64,000 bases of DNA from Takakia lepidozioides (taxonomy: Eukaryota > Plantae > Bryophyta), in assembly GCA_030704615.1 (NCBI GenBank), contig CM060731.1:52142001-52206000 (forward strand), in the 5' to 3' direction. Position 1 is the stretch's first letter. Each line of letters begins with the position of its first letter. A program made the translations under genes and the position numbers. The notes under the pieces are model-generated. The model saw only the letters and a program-made list of their open reading frames with translations. It did not search any database and was not told the DNA's origin. Positions 21,101 to 35,357 of this stretch are shown piece by piece.

Positions 21101-24100
21101 AGACGAGTACTTATAACTCTGCAAAATGTCTTGCCAACTGCATTGAGAAGCATGATGTCTCGATAGTTCCCAGGCTCTTCTTTGACAGTGACCCCCTGTC
21201 GCCAGCAAAAAGGGATCATTTCAGTCCTCCAGATAAGGTTAAAGAGGAGTTCAAGGGCCTCTATCATGCTTGATAAGCTTGTTGACTATGCCATCAGGTC
21301 TATCAGCTTTAAATCCGTTTAAATGCTCAATTGCTTCCATAATCTCAGAAGAACTAGTGGGAGCGTTGTAACCCTTTGAAATATACTCCAGTTCATCAGG
21401 GCTGTCCTGAAGCATAGGTACAGTTTTTTCAACTGTGTCCTTCCATTCTTCAGAACATCCTCACTGTTAGACCTAGAATTTCTGCCAAGGATAGAGAGAG
21501 AGAATGTACTCATAAGACGTTGTTTGCCGTAGCCTTGTGGCCATTGACCCCGCACCCAGTTTGAGCGCAACACAAAGGGACAGAACCTACCTCTGTCAGG
21601 GGCTGACGTCGGTAGTAAGACTTACCTTGAAATAAAACATTGATCCTGGTTTTCCAGATATCCTGCATCAATCTGCTGTGTGTGGTTTGCCCAAGCCCCA
21701 GAAGGGCCTGGGCTTAGAGAGAGGGAGATAATGTCTAGAGAGGGTCAGGAGGGTAGACAAACCGTGAACTACTTCAGCATGCATTCACTTGTCACAGGGA
21801 GATGGAGTGCCTCAGTCAGGTAGGATGTGAGGCACTTTGGGTCTTCAAACCTGAAGGTCTCTTCTTAAGAGGGAATCCCTAATAGACAACAGTAGAGATT
21901 GTATTCATAAGACGTTGTTTGCCGTAGCCTTGTGGCCATTGACCCCGCGCCCAGTAGACAACAGTAGAGAGAGGGGAATAGGGGAAGAAGTGATGCATTA
22001 TGACCACCTCAAAGGGTTCGAAAGCCCATGAGACATAGAAGAGCAACGAGAAAAACACTCCAGAAAATATCAAATGACGACGTGGGGTGCCTCATGCATG
22101 TAGGTTGCCACATACTGTGGTCCTCAAAGCTGAGAGATTATGCCAAAGACTGGGAGTGTCTAAAGAGAGATTAGTATCTGCCTCAGATTTTATAATATGC
22201 AGGACATGGTAGTCCCCACAAACTATCATCATTCTGACATTGATTGACGTTCATGTGAGTGCTAAGAAAAATCCAAGCTGACTGGTGATAGAAGCCTCAA
22301 TCTGGGCACTGGACATGAGGGTTTCTATAAGTGCTGATCTAAACATCAGCCTGTAGTCGCTGAGGTAAAGAGGATTGTAAAAGAAAAGAAAAGAAAAGAA
22401 AAGAAATGGAACTTTATAACGTCCATCGTGTGTGAAAGAAGGAAAGAAAGAAAGGAAGAAAGAAAAGAAAGGAAGAAAGAAGGGAATGGTACAAGAGAGG
22501 AGATAATGTGTCGTGGCCATGGGATGCACAGGAGGCCTAAGGGACAGAGTAAACAATATTCAAAAATCGAAGTAGTGTATTCCAAAAGCTCTATGTCTCT
22601 TGGAGAAGGAGTGCATCATGCAGGTAAGCTGCTAAGCACTCCGGATCGATCGGATGTGGGAATCTGCTCAGAACTTGCCCAAAGAAGTTGTGAGGGATGT
22701 GGAGAAAATAAAGAGGGGTAGAAAGGCATGATATTCCCATAGCCAGTTGTGTTCTATGCTTTGACAATGTTTTGTTCCCCTGTCCTGGCACCACACGGCA
22801 GTCCTTCTACTGTCCCTAGTACAACAACTACTAAATACAATTCCAGGGTCCTGATGGGGGCATTCAGTTTTAGAGGTGCATTTGGGGAGTCCTCTAGAGT
22901 AAATGGCCAGTATGATGATGGAAGCATCCATTACTTTCTTCTTTGCCCTCATGACCTGTGATCAGAAGAAAAGAAAATGAAGTAAAATTGTTTCTCGCCG
23001 TTTGTGGTGCTGCCTACGGGCAGAATAGTATGCTGCTCACCTTCATGGAGGATACTATTTCCCTGGGTACTATCGAGTCATGTCTTGCAGTGCTAGCATC
23101 AATCTACTTCCATGATTTCTTAGAAGTTGATGACAGGATTGGAAAATGCTAAATGAACTTAACCAAAGGGAGCATCAAGAGTACCCTCATGAGCAGCTCC
23201 TTGTTAGAATGATCCCTTACTATGTTTGTGTGGGTTGCAGTCCAGTACAGCCAATTACAAATGTGGGTCCATTGGTGCTGGTGCTAGCAGTTTCTCTTAT
23301 CAAGGAAGCTTTTGAGGACCGGGTGAGTGACATCTGTCCAGGACGGTCTGTAGGCTGATTTTACCTCAAATTGTTCCACCTTTTCATTGTTTGTACGATT
23401 CATGGCTAAGGGTTAGTGGTTTCTCATGAGGCTAGGTGACATCAAGCTAGGGGACTTGGTCTGTGGGATGCCGAGTAGCATCATAGTCTTACTCCTACTT
23501 CTTGTAGACACTACTGTGTATGAGCCCTCAGACGTCTGTCCAGGACCGTCTGTAGGCTGATATCACCTCAAACTGTTCCACCTTTTCAGTGCCTGTACTA
23601 ATCATGGCTAAGGGTTAGTGGTTTCTCGTAATTCTAGCTGTCATCAGCTAGGGGACTTGGTCTGTGGGATGTCTAGTAGCATCATAGTCTTACTCCAGTA
23701 TACAAGATTGTGTATAACCCTTTGGTTATGTGGCTCCAGAAGCGCTTCAACAATGACAAGGTGATCAATGCAAGTCTGATTGGTGTATTGCAAGACCGTC
23801 GATGGGTGAAGATCCCATGGAGCAAGTTAATGGTTGGTGATATCGTTAAGGTATTTCACTTGACTCTTATCTTTGTCTTGTATGGTTGTGTTCTCTTAGT
23901 GCAGTATGTTTGATTGTTGTTCATTAGGATGGCATAAAAATCATATGCATGCATGGCATGCAACAATTGAACTCTAGCTCAATGATCACTCTGTTAATAA
24001 GCATAAGGTGCAAGCCAATCTGATGAAATTTCTAGATTCCTGTAATTGGTCAAGTACTGGAAAGTATAGATTCTATGGCAGTGTTTTAAAGATTTTGTGA

Positions 24101-27100
24101 AAGGATATTTTGGGTCACAGGCATGTTGATGTTACAGGTTGAACAAGACCACTACTTTCCAGCAGATCTATTATTTCTGGCGAGTACAAATGCAGATGGT
24201 ATCTCCTACATCGAGGTATTCAATTGGTAGCCTTTGCAGTTCAACGTGAGGCTTGCTTGAGGATTCTCTGCTTTCAAGTATGGAAAGAAGAATTTATCCC
24301 AGAAAGTCCATGTTTGACGATTAGTGTTAGCCTGAAGTTTTGGCGTTTATGTATTTGTCTTGTTTCCTACTATCAAGCTCAACTCTGAGCTTTGAAAATT
24401 GCCAGTGGCGTGTATCCATATTCAGAAACAGGAAAATTACATCCTTGCCTCTGTGCACAGAAGGATGGGCTGTTCTAACCTTCTTTAGACCTTTGTTTGT
24501 CGCAATTTTAACCCTAAATCTGATTCATCTTCAACTTGAGTGTGTTAGTGGTGCTACTGGATTATTGTAGTCTTTTGCAGAAGTGTGCACGGGTGTGCTT
24601 CTAAGTTTGTTGGTTTTAGTGCAGACTTCAAACTTGGATGGTGAGACCAATCTCAAGATTCGGAAAGCTCTTGAACGGACTTGGGATTACATTGATGAGA
24701 ACAAAGCTGTTGAATTCAAAGGTTGTGTTTCATCACAGTGAGATATTCTACTCTCTTATAAGTCTATTACACCCAAGATCAAACTTGATTGTAGGGTTTC
24801 TGAAGATTGTGAGAAGGCCCTTGAGAACCATATGGCATGTGTTGTTTTTCTCTGAAGCTGTGCGTTGGCCGTTTCCTTGATTGATGATGCAGGAGTCATT
24901 GACTGTGAGCACCCAAACAACTCTCTCTATACCTTTACCGGTAATTTGAATGTGGGCAAGCAAACAATCCCCATCACACCAAATCAGATTCTCCTTCGGG
25001 TGAGTGAGAGGTGGTTCCTCTCGTCAGGTTCTGTAAATGCCAGTGCTCCTAATTTGTCAGATATTTACTTCATCAGCAGCATAGTTCACGTCAGCTATAT
25101 TTTGGTTTGCACTTTGAACTGGGTCAAGTAACTTGTTTTCCTATTGCAGGGTTGTAGCCTACGGAACACGGACTCTATTGTTGGGGCAGTTATTTTCACC
25201 GGTCATGAGACCAAGGTGGTTATTCTTCTGAACACAGTGAATTAGCACTACCATCGGTTCTCATGCCTTTCCAGCCTCTATGGGTTTTGTAGGTGTATGT
25301 AGTGCACAAGAGTGTACGAGAGTGTATCCTGGTCACCTGTGATCAGCGGTGATGGCTTCGTGGGTCTCTGGTGGAGTGGTAACATGTGCATGTGGACTGA
25401 AGGCTGTGTGGTGGCCCCATGGAAAGAATTGTGAGGTTCCAGTTATGATACCAAGAAATGTGTTCCTAGGGCAAGCATGGAGACCTCATATGCTCAAATA
25501 CATGCAGGTGATGATGAATGCGATGGATGTGCCTTCTAAACGGAGTACTTTGGAGCGAAAACTTGACAAGTTGATCTTGCTTCTGTTTTGCATCCTCTTC
25601 ACCTTATGTTTCATTGGGGCTATAGGCAGGTGTGCCATTCTCTCCATCATTATCCTCTTTTGCACTCTAGGCATGTTCACTCAAGGGAGAGTTGCCTAAA
25701 ATTTACTAGCAAGAGTGAAACAGGCTACAAGTACACATTGTTCTGGTTAGTGTTCATTACTCATTTGATATGGAGAGAAGGACGAGATCAGGTCAAGTTG
25801 ATCCATGCTTTTATTATGGAACAATCTTAGTTCTGCGTGTGGGGATGTTACAGGTTCTCTCTTGTTCTCTCTTACAGTCTGTTTTTTGACCTGGCAGTGG
25901 AATATTCATAAACGTTAAGTGGTGGTATTTGGGTCTGACGTTTCCGGGCATTGAAGACCAGTACAACCCTCGTAACAGAGCCTTAGTAAGTGTTTGGTTT
26001 AGTTTTGCTTCAGGTGGATGCAATCTGAATGTCTCCAGACACTTTGGTTCACACTTGGCAGGCATGAGATGGTGTCTTTCCTTAATCCGCCCTTCCCCTG
26101 CCTATCCATTTTAAACTGAGCATGTGTTTGTGGCAACAGGCTGTAGCTCGCCAATTTCTTAACACACCTACAATTTCTTTTCCTTGAAATGGACAGGTGG
26201 CTATTCTTGCTTTTTTCACTCTCGTGACGTTGTATGCGAATATTATCCCCATCTCTTTGTATGTTTCAATCGAGGTAAGCACTCAGTTACTCCTCTCTTG
26301 ACTGCAATTGAATATGAAACTTGGACACTATATGATTACGTTCCCACCCATAGTAACTACGTCTATATCTGACTGACACTGAGATTCCAACAACTCGAGC
26401 TTAATGTCAAAGTGGGTCCTCAGATATGTTCAACATTTCAGGCCTGCAGTATGGTGCGTGCTAACAAAATACTGCATAGGAGTAGCCACAGTGGAATGAT
26501 CATGTCTCTTTGACATTTGCACTATCAAATACTGTAATTTGCTGCCAATGTGTTTGGCTTGAAGGATTTATACTGAGGATCATTTATTACAGATGTTGCA
26601 TTGGGCTAGGGTTGAACATGATGTTCGATATCACGTGTTCGGAGAGAGAACCTTCGTGGTAGTTAATCTAGATGTTGTCAACTTTAACACACTGATTGGC
26701 ATTTCTTGTAGATGATCAAGTTTATACAGTCCACGCAGTTTATCAACAATGATGTACGCATGTATCACAGAGAAAGTAACACGGCTGCACTGGCTCGCAC
26801 ATCAAATCTGAATGAGGAGCTTGGCCAGGTGTCAATACAGCTCTTTTGCCTTCTTATTCCATGACTATTTTTCAATTCGTTGTAGCTATGCATGTGGGTC
26901 CAGAAGCTACGATTTGGATGGTCTAGCCTCTCTGAAATGGATGAGAGTTGCTGGTTTATGTCCCTTTATATTTATTGTTATGTTTGGAGATGCTTGAGTT
27001 AAAGGACAAATAAGTAGACTATGGGATTAATTTATATTTAGCAATATATCCATGCAGAAATCCTCATGGTGTGTTGGCAAGTGATAGCTCTATACTCAAC

Positions 27101-30100
27101 GAATTTGCAACTTAATTTACAGAGCAACACTGGAGCAGATAACCCAGTGGTTGGGTGTTTGTGCCTTGTCTGTGCATGACCAGGGTGATCCTGGGTTCAA
27201 TCCTTCAACCGTTCATTGGGCCCTCGGTAGCCTGTCCGTAGAGCAGTAGGCTTCTTAATTAGCTGGATGTTAAATCCACTGAGGGGACGCAGGTTTATCA
27301 GCTTCCCTCAGCGTAGCAAGTTTACTAAGGCAGGGCTGCATTTTAGGCCTCCTTTTGGAAGGCTTTGGTGGTTACTCTAAACATTGCTATTGTGAGGAAT
27401 GCCTTTAGCATCACCATTATATGTCTCCTGTTATTCCGTGGTCTTGGTATTCACTTGCGACTTGTGATTGAAACAATGCTAGGCAAAAACAGATGTGGAA
27501 GTTAGGCCAATGGGAAGATCATCAGCAACACAGTAGGAGAAAGGTGTCTATGCAGTCGTAAAACTCCTCCAGGAGCCTCTGAAAATTTAGATGGCAGTGG
27601 GCTTGAGACGTTCTGTCATTGGAATCCCAGGGTTACTTTCACAAACAATCATTGGACTTCTCCCAACCCAGATGCCTTTGATTATCGAACAGGTCTCATT
27701 GTGAAACACATCTTGACAGGACGAAGTGTGAAGAGTCATGAGCATCTGATTAAGGCCGGACATGAAGATAATTCTAATTCCAGTGTACAATTTATATTGT
27801 TGGTGAGGAAACAAGGCAGATTCTTATGTCTGTGGAAGTGTCTTTTTGCAGATAGAGTATATCTTCTCGGACAAAACAGGCACTCTGACAAGAAATCTGA
27901 TGGAGTTCTTCAAGTGCTCCATAGCGGGGGTGATGTATGGCACAGGTGTGACTGAGATCCAAAGAGCATCCGCTGATCGGTTGGGTGTGCCTCTTGAGGA
28001 GGTTTGTTCTTGTCCAGCTTCTCAATCTTGGCTCAACTGAGTGACATTACCTTAGGGCAACCTTTTGAGAGAGATCATTCATAATAAATTTTTGCTAAGT
28101 AGCACTAAAACTGGCAATGGAAGTTATTTTCCCACTCCTTAAGAAATCAAATTGATGGTCAACCTCTCTCCTGTATGTGTCCTGGCATCCCTCCTGTGTT
28201 GTTGATTGTGGCCTCGCACTAGAGTGATTAACCCTACTTGGCAAAGTCTGATTTATATGAGTATGCTTCTGGAGTTTTTGATTCCTGACCTCGATGCCAG
28301 CTTTTCATAATTTGCTCAGTTCTATGTGGCAATAGGATCTCAAGACCTCCCAAGAACATTTGATCCCAAACAGTGACATTTTGCGTATATCTTGTCCAGT
28401 ATATCCTATTTCTATCAGTTTTGAGCTTGCATTCTGTTGGGCAGGGGCACTGTACCAACAGTACACCTGAAGAGCTACCACAGTTGACTTGTATTCAGGC
28501 CACATTGGCTTTGTTACTTTGTCTCCAGGTTCCGAGGTCAGATGATGCCATCCGAGAGAAAGGGTTTAACTTTGATGACAGAAGGCTTATGACTGGGCGG
28601 TGGCGTGCAGAACCAAATCCAGAGGTTTGCAAGGTGATCTATAATATTGGCTCCACCCCATTTTTTTAACGTAGGAGTTTCTGACTGAGGCTTTCTAAAT
28701 GTAGAGATAAGCATCTGATTTCCCAAAATGGTCACTAGGGTTCTACATGTGGAATGTCAGACAACATGTTGCTACAATTCCTGGGTCACCAGGTGAATGT
28801 ACGTGATGCACTGTCCATCAACTTGGAAACACATCCCAAATTATATCTTTTAATTTGCTCTTTATATCCAAAAGAAATCAACGCTGATGTCAGAGATAAA
28901 CATAATGTAGCACTACTTTTTTTTGGAATGCTGTGTACTGTTGCTACTTCTTTTGGGGTTCAAAGAAGACAGGTATGGCTGTTCCTGAATAGTTTCCCGG
29001 GTATGATTGCTTTCAGGAGTTTTTTAGATGTCTTGCGGTTTGTCACACAGTGCTGCCTGAGGGGGAGGACAAGCCTGAAAAGATCACGTATCAGGCAGCA
29101 TCTCCTGATGAGGCTGCGTTGGTTACTGCAGCTAAGAACTTTGGCTTCTTCTTCTATGGGTAGTCTCGACCTCCAGAATCCATGATTGAGAACATACGTA
29201 TATCACACCTCAAAATGCACACTGTAGTAATATCATTGTGGAAACACTCATTTCGAGAAGCAGGCTGGTGGGATAATATAGTAAGGTTTGAGGTTTGCAG
29301 CACTTCATTCGTTTTGCAATGGTGTATGACACTAGTTCTTGTGTCTAGGAGTCCTGGTTGCGCTGATCCAATTCCTTAAGCTAGGTCTCATGTTTGTTGA
29401 AATGAACTGACAGGCGGTCTCCGACAACAATTCGAGTTCGGGAGTCACATGTGGAGAAGTTGGGGCGCGTGGTGGATGTAGAGTATGAGATTTTAAATGT
29501 CTTGGAGTTTAACAGGTCAGATATGCTATTTGTACTGTAAACAGGATTGTAGGGAGTGAAGTTCAGCCTTATGCTGAGATATTCTGTCATCTCTGTCCTT
29601 TGTGTAAGCCCTCTCACAGCATGTGGAAGCTTATGAGGTGTAACAGAGATTGAATGTACTCATAAGACCGTAGCCTTGTGGCCATAGACCCTGTGCGCCA
29701 GCTTGGGCAGAACAAGAGGGAACAGACTATCTTTGTGAGGGGCTCACTCATGGCACTTACCTTACTTTGAGAGGGACAGAGAGACAGAGAGGAGAGGACT
29801 CTGGTGGAAGCCAGTGTAAATAAGAGCCACCTCCCCTGTGCGTACGGCTCTTACCTCAGCCAACTTTCATGTAACATTTTGTGATTGTTCGATTATGGAA
29901 AATGAGGTACCCTGCATGAATTCATGAATACTGGAGGTGCTAGATTATGTAGTTACCATGATGCTCTCTTCTGCAATTTCTTATACTGTTGGACCTCTCT
30001 GTGCGCGTTTTTTGAACAGCACTCGCAAGCGCCAATCCGTTATCTGCCGCTATCCTAATGGAAGGCTGGTTTTATATTGCAAAGTAAGTTGTCTTACGAC

Positions 30101-33100
30101 ATGTACTTGAGGAACCTGTTTTTGGGCCAGAGTGAAATTGGGCTGCATGAGAGGCCGGTTCATCTGAAGTGCCCAAATTGTTTCTGACATCTAAGGGGTG
30201 TTGACCTGACATGAGAGATGAGAGGAGGGTCTTGTGGGGAGGGTGTGTTGGGGCCAGGTGTGTGTGGGTTTGGGATGCACCAGCAGAAATCACATCCCCG
30301 TCGTCATGACCATCCATACTCCACCTCATCAACTGACTTTATCTGTCCTGCTTTGATATGACCTTTGATTATCATCCTGACTTTAGAAGATGGGTTTAAG
30401 CTAAAGGTCCTGAATATGCACTTAAGCTCTAAGGTTAATCAAATCCTTCGTATGATAGATGGGCAAGAGTGTACATGAAATAACCATCTTACTATGATTT
30501 CTCTTCATCTGTCTGCTCCTTGGGTTATAGATGTTGTTGTAGATGCTCAGATTTTGAATGCCACTAACTGCTGGTCAATGCACACACAGGGTGCCGACTC
30601 GGTGGTTTATGAGAGGATGGCAGATGGTGGATTAAATCAATACAAGGAGATAACACGTGACCATCTGGAGAAGTTTGGAGCTGATGGGCTCCGAACCTTG
30701 TGCTTGGCATACCGCAACTTGGACCCCCACTTGTATGAAGCTTGGAATGAGAAATTTATTCAAGCTAAGTCAGCGTTACGAGATCGAGAGAAAAAACTAG
30801 ATGAGGTAGGCATTCTGGGCCTGGAAGATCTTACTTTACAATCACAGTTTTTGTCAACCATGTGGTTGCTGTGGCCATGTTACACTGTCTCACGAGTTGG
30901 TGGCAAGATCATGTGAAGTTGATGGCAAAGTACTGAAGCTTTCTTGTTCCTTGGTCCAGTTTGGTCCCATTGTTGAAGGATTGAATGGTCGTAGTAGAAA
31001 AGAGTGGGACCTTCTGAAATAGGTTCATTACAAAGTTTGCAGTGCAGCTGAAAAATTTCAAGCACACCTGAATTGTAATGTAGGATCAGGAAGCCAACAG
31101 AGCTTAGGGGTATTAGATGTGTATCACCAATACAAGTGCAGAAACAGACAAACAGACAAAACCAGAGATATAACATGTTAGCATTTCAGCCCCTGAAAAG
31201 TAGTCTACTTTGCCATGTGCAGGTTGGGGAGCTCATTGAAAAAGAGTTGATTCTGCTTGGGTGCACAGCGATTGAAGACAAACTGCAAGACGGAGTCCCC
31301 AGCTGCATAGAAACACTTTCCAGGGCTGGAATAAAAATATGGGTACTTACAGGAGACAAATTGGAGACTGCCATTAATATTGCCTACGGTATGACAGCCC
31401 CTATGAAGTTATCTGCTGTAATTTAAACACATGGAAAGGCACATAATATAATGTGAAGTCATGCCTAATTGAGTCGTGTCAGTGGGTCAAGAGACATTTT
31501 TTCCTCGAGAGATATTCAGACATTGAAGTGCCTACACATGAATATAGCAGAGAGGGAAAGAGGGCCATTTTGGAATGAGAAAGTAGGGTGACAGATAGAC
31601 TGATAGCAGAGGAAAGTTTTGGAAGAAGAATACTTAGAAGGGTGTCGGTGGTTGGTCTGCAGCTTGCAGCTTGCTGAGTAACGAGTTTAAGCAGTTTATT
31701 ATCAACTCAGATGTGAAGGCGATCCGGGATGTGGAAGACAGAGTGAGTAGCTGATTTTGCAGTTTGGAGGGGCAGGCTTGTCATGAAGGAGACGTTTAAC
31801 ATGCAAGCGTTAGTTTCCAAGTAGTGTCAGCTCACCGTATGATACCAACAAACATGACCAGGAGTTTTTCACACTGGCTTATATTTTCATGAGAGATCAT
31901 GCCGAGAAGCACTTAAATTTTGGTCATTTCCTGCATGCAGGGTGATCCTTTGGAGACCGCACGTGTAATAGAGGATTGGGTAACACAGCATCTGCAGGAC
32001 TTTCTCCATGAGGCTGAACAATGTCCACCTGATGTGGATATGGCTCTTGTGATTGATGGGAGGTGTCTTATGTATGCTCTGGATCCTCAGAAACTTCGAG
32101 GCACTCTTCTCCAGTTGTGCATGAGGTGTAAAGCTGTCGTGTGTTGCCGTGTTTCGCCCTTACAGAAAGCTCAGGTATATGGAAATTCTTTGTTCATGTC
32201 TGAGATACGTAAATGACATCTAGGTCTAGGTCATCTTGCAAAGCACAAGAGAGATGCTCTTCCTATATCTAGATTCTAGGTTTTAGATGAACATGCTGTT
32301 GTGTAATCTCTGTATTGGGCCCCTGGTCTCTGCACACATTGGTTGCAGTACAATTGAGGTTCTCCTTATCTTTAAATCTGTACTCAAGAAAATGCATTAC
32401 AGTAAGGGCTCACAGAATAAAACCTACATGCTTCTCAATTAGTACTTAAATGGGCTAAACCCCTCCATTGAGATGAAGTCGAAAAAATGAGTTGTTTTCG
32501 TGTTTCGCAATTAACTAATTTTGGCCGTTCATAGGTGACGAGTTTGATGAAAAATGATGCCAAGAAGATAACACTGAGTATTGGCGATGGGGCCAATGAC
32601 GTCAGCATGATTCAGGCTGCCCACATTGGGGTTGGCATCAGTGGACAAGAAGGGATGCAAGCTGTGATGGCCAGTGATTTTGCAATAGCACAATTTCGGT
32701 TTCTGACGGACTTGCTTTTAGTCCACGGACGGTGGTCTTACATCCGAATAACTAAGGTAGACGGCCTTCTTGTTGAAGAGAATTTCAGCATCTTGTTATA
32801 TTGTGCACATTATCCAGTGCTCTTCCACTACTTGTCTACCATGTTCTCCAGCTGTAGGGATCTCAGAGTCAGCTCACACTATCTTCAGGTTGAGTCAGAC
32901 AGGTAGCCTCACTGTCCGGATGAGAAATGGAATTGCCATGCACAAATGGAGCCAGACTTCTCCTATCTAACGTGTTGACAGGAAGAGAGGGATATAGTTT
33001 CCAGAGGTACAAAATGATCTCACTTGCCCGCTTTCTCATATCTGAGTTTGAACATCGTACTGTGGTGGATGATATAAAGCCCTCCTGATTTTGAGAGGGC

Positions 33101-35357
33101 AAGATCAGTGGGGACCTACCCTTAATGGTATGTCATAGTCTCACCAGCCACAGGAAACGGTCTAGACACGATAGTATTTCTCACATGCTCCTCTTCCATG
33201 ACATGACAGGTGGTGGCTTACTTTTTCTACAAGAATTTGACGTTCACACTCACTCAATTCTGGTTCACTCTCTACACGGGGTTCTCCGGGCAACGATTTT
33301 ACGATGACTGGTTTCAGTCCTTATACAATGTTCTTTTCACAGCCCTGCCTGTGATTGTTGTTGGCATATTCGATAAGGTATATTCATCCATTGCGACTCC
33401 TGGAATTGTCAAGGGGTATAACAGGGGTTTAGGGTTTATCCAAGTCCTGTTAGGCAAACTATGGACCTTATATGAGAAGATGTATAGAGCAGGAAGGTGA
33501 GCAAGTTTCAAAGCCTGCCCAGCCTCCTGCTTTGTGATGGTGGTGAATGTCCTCCACTGATTGACAGTGAATTTGGGTACAGGATGTGAGCGCCTCCAAA
33601 TCAAGATCATACCCGCAGTTGTACAAAGCGGGAATTGATAATCTCTATTTTAAATGGCGAGTGCTGTTGGTATGGCTCATGGCTGCAACCTACCAGTCTC
33701 TCATCTTCTTCTTGTTTCCAATAACTGCCGGCATGGGTGCTCAAAATGGGTCCAGTATGATGCTTGGATTGTGGGATGTTTCTACTATGGCCTTCACATG
33801 TATATTGATCACTGTGAACATTCGCCTCATGATGGCCTCCTCATCCCTCACGAGGTGGCACTATATCAGTGTTGGTGGCAGCATTGGAGCCTGGTTCATT
33901 TTCATTTTCCTCTACTCTGCGGTGCAAGTTAGTTTTAGACAGGTACCCTTTTTACCTCATCATATGCATCTGTTGCTTTGTTTGAATTCCTGAACTACCC
34001 TGCTTCTGGGACGATGGAGTTGGAAACCTTTTAGGATAAAGACTCAGATGCAATCACAAGGGACAAGTGGATATGATTAAACATTGCTGTGGGGAGCCCA
34101 TTGCATGTCCAACTTCGACCAGCAGAGCAAGAGTTTGCACCATTCTACCCTTGCGGGTCGTCAGATAGTGAGCACACTTCAATGAAGCAGAAGGGAGAGG
34201 GAGACCCCATTGATACAAAAGACTACAACAATTGAGAGGGAGAGGAAAGGGGAGAGCTTGGGGGTGTGGGTGGAAGGGGAACTGAGGTCAAGTCCAAAGG
34301 GGTAGAACAGACAAGGGTCTATTTCTGTTATGTTTTTCTCAATGTTTGTTACATATTCGTGTACATGGCATTGTCGCAAACATGTGTTTTTCTAGCGTCC
34401 TCGTCTTGAAGCATTTTCTTGTTACCAGATACTCCACGAGTTACATGGCTTGAGGGCCTGCGAATTTGCATTTTCTTCTCACATAGCTGATGAGATGTCA
34501 CATGAACTTTAGATGCTGATGGAGGAGAAAGGATTATCAATTTAGCGGGTTTAGTTATCTTGTAGAAGAGAACTTGTGGTGCAAGTAGGGACAAGCATCA
34601 TACAATTTTTTGTGGTGGGTTAATACTCTGTTTGTGTATGCATGGGTGCAGGAAAACATATATTGGGTGATATTCACCATAATGAGCACTTGGTATTTCT
34701 GGTTCACCATCCTGTTGGTTCCTATGGTGGCGCTGTCGGGGGACGCCCTCTTCATGGCGTGAGTGTCTTTTCTTTTTCTGTGTACTTCACTGGAAAGGTC
34801 TACCCCTTGTCTATATAATCTTTTTACAAACGCCTCGGTGCAGAGACCCCTGTGGAGGGTCTCCAGTGGACATGCTATTTTCGTGCAGTTTCATCCCATG
34901 TCTTACTTGGACACCTTTGGTTAATCTGTTTCAAAAGTCTGCTCACCAGTGGTCATCCTTCCCCTGACTGACTGACTTGTTGAATTGGATGGTGTATTGT
35001 AGGGTGCAGCGATGGTTCTTCCCGTATGACTACCAGATAATCCAGGAGGAAAGTAAGTTCCGTCATGTACCAGACACTGAGGATTATGAGCGGCAGACAG
35101 AGATGATGGCTATGCTTGATAGCCCAGCGATGATGACACAGGAGGAGGAAAGGAGGATTGCTATGGCACAACTCCCAAGGGAAAGGTCCAAGCACACTGG
35201 CTTCTCTTTCGATTCCCCAGGGTTTGAATCCTTCTTTGCCATGCAAGAGGGTGTGGCCACCCCTGCCAAATCATGGGACATTGCACGCCGAGCCAGCATG
35301 AAATATGCTCACCGTGTCAGCTCCTCTGTGAGCCGAAAGAATGATGTCTTTCTCTGA
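18152..35357 (+). CDS. ALA3: Phospholipid-transporting P4-ATPase (flippase), ALA3-like
   Basis: Motifs [23 protein letters not shown], phosphorylation site DKTGTLT, SPDE, KGAD, TGDK, GDGAND and C-terminal HTGFSFD. GT-AG exons: 18152-18289, 19191-19256, 19531-19592, 23241-23322, 23740-23850, 24138-24215, 24625-24721, 24893-24999, 25150-25215, 25508-25629, 25898-25985, 26197-26274, 26712-26828, 27852-28001, 28529-28633, 29017-29159, 29414-29515, 30020-30083, 30590-30805, 31223-31388, 31663-31742, 31941-32174, 32535-32756, 33210-33377, 33583-33942, 34652-34758, 35003-35357. Confidence 0.93.
19940..21490 (-). mobile_element. Degenerate non-LTR retrotransposon (LINE) ORF2 reverse-transcriptase fragment in ALA3 intron 3
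   Basis: Frameshifted pieces [50 protein letters not shown] and IRPALEYAS. Confidence 0.9.
21490..21720 (-). mobile_element. LINE 3'-end family A (ends ...GGCAAACAACGTCTTATGAGTACATT(CT)n)
   Basis: The same sequence recurs at about 21895-21955(-), 29645-29770(-), 37520-37740(-), 39810-39880(+), 39960-40080(+), 40556-40590(+) and 44780-44910(+). Longer copies encode a putative ORF end, HTQQIDACVKGFLEEI. Confidence 0.7.
23329..23696. repeat. About 165-bp direct duplication in ALA3 intron 4
   Basis: GAC(A/G)TCTGTCCAGGAC...CATCATAGTCTTACTCC at about 23329-23494 and 23532-23696. Confidence 0.9.
27135..27230 (+). mobile_element. tRNA-derived SINE head (Pol III A and B boxes)
   Basis: A-box-like TAACCCAGTGG at 27140-27150 and B box GGTTCAATCC at 27194-27203. 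A related copy at about 17275-17330 shares GTGAT(C/T)CTGGGTTCAA. Confidence 0.45.
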
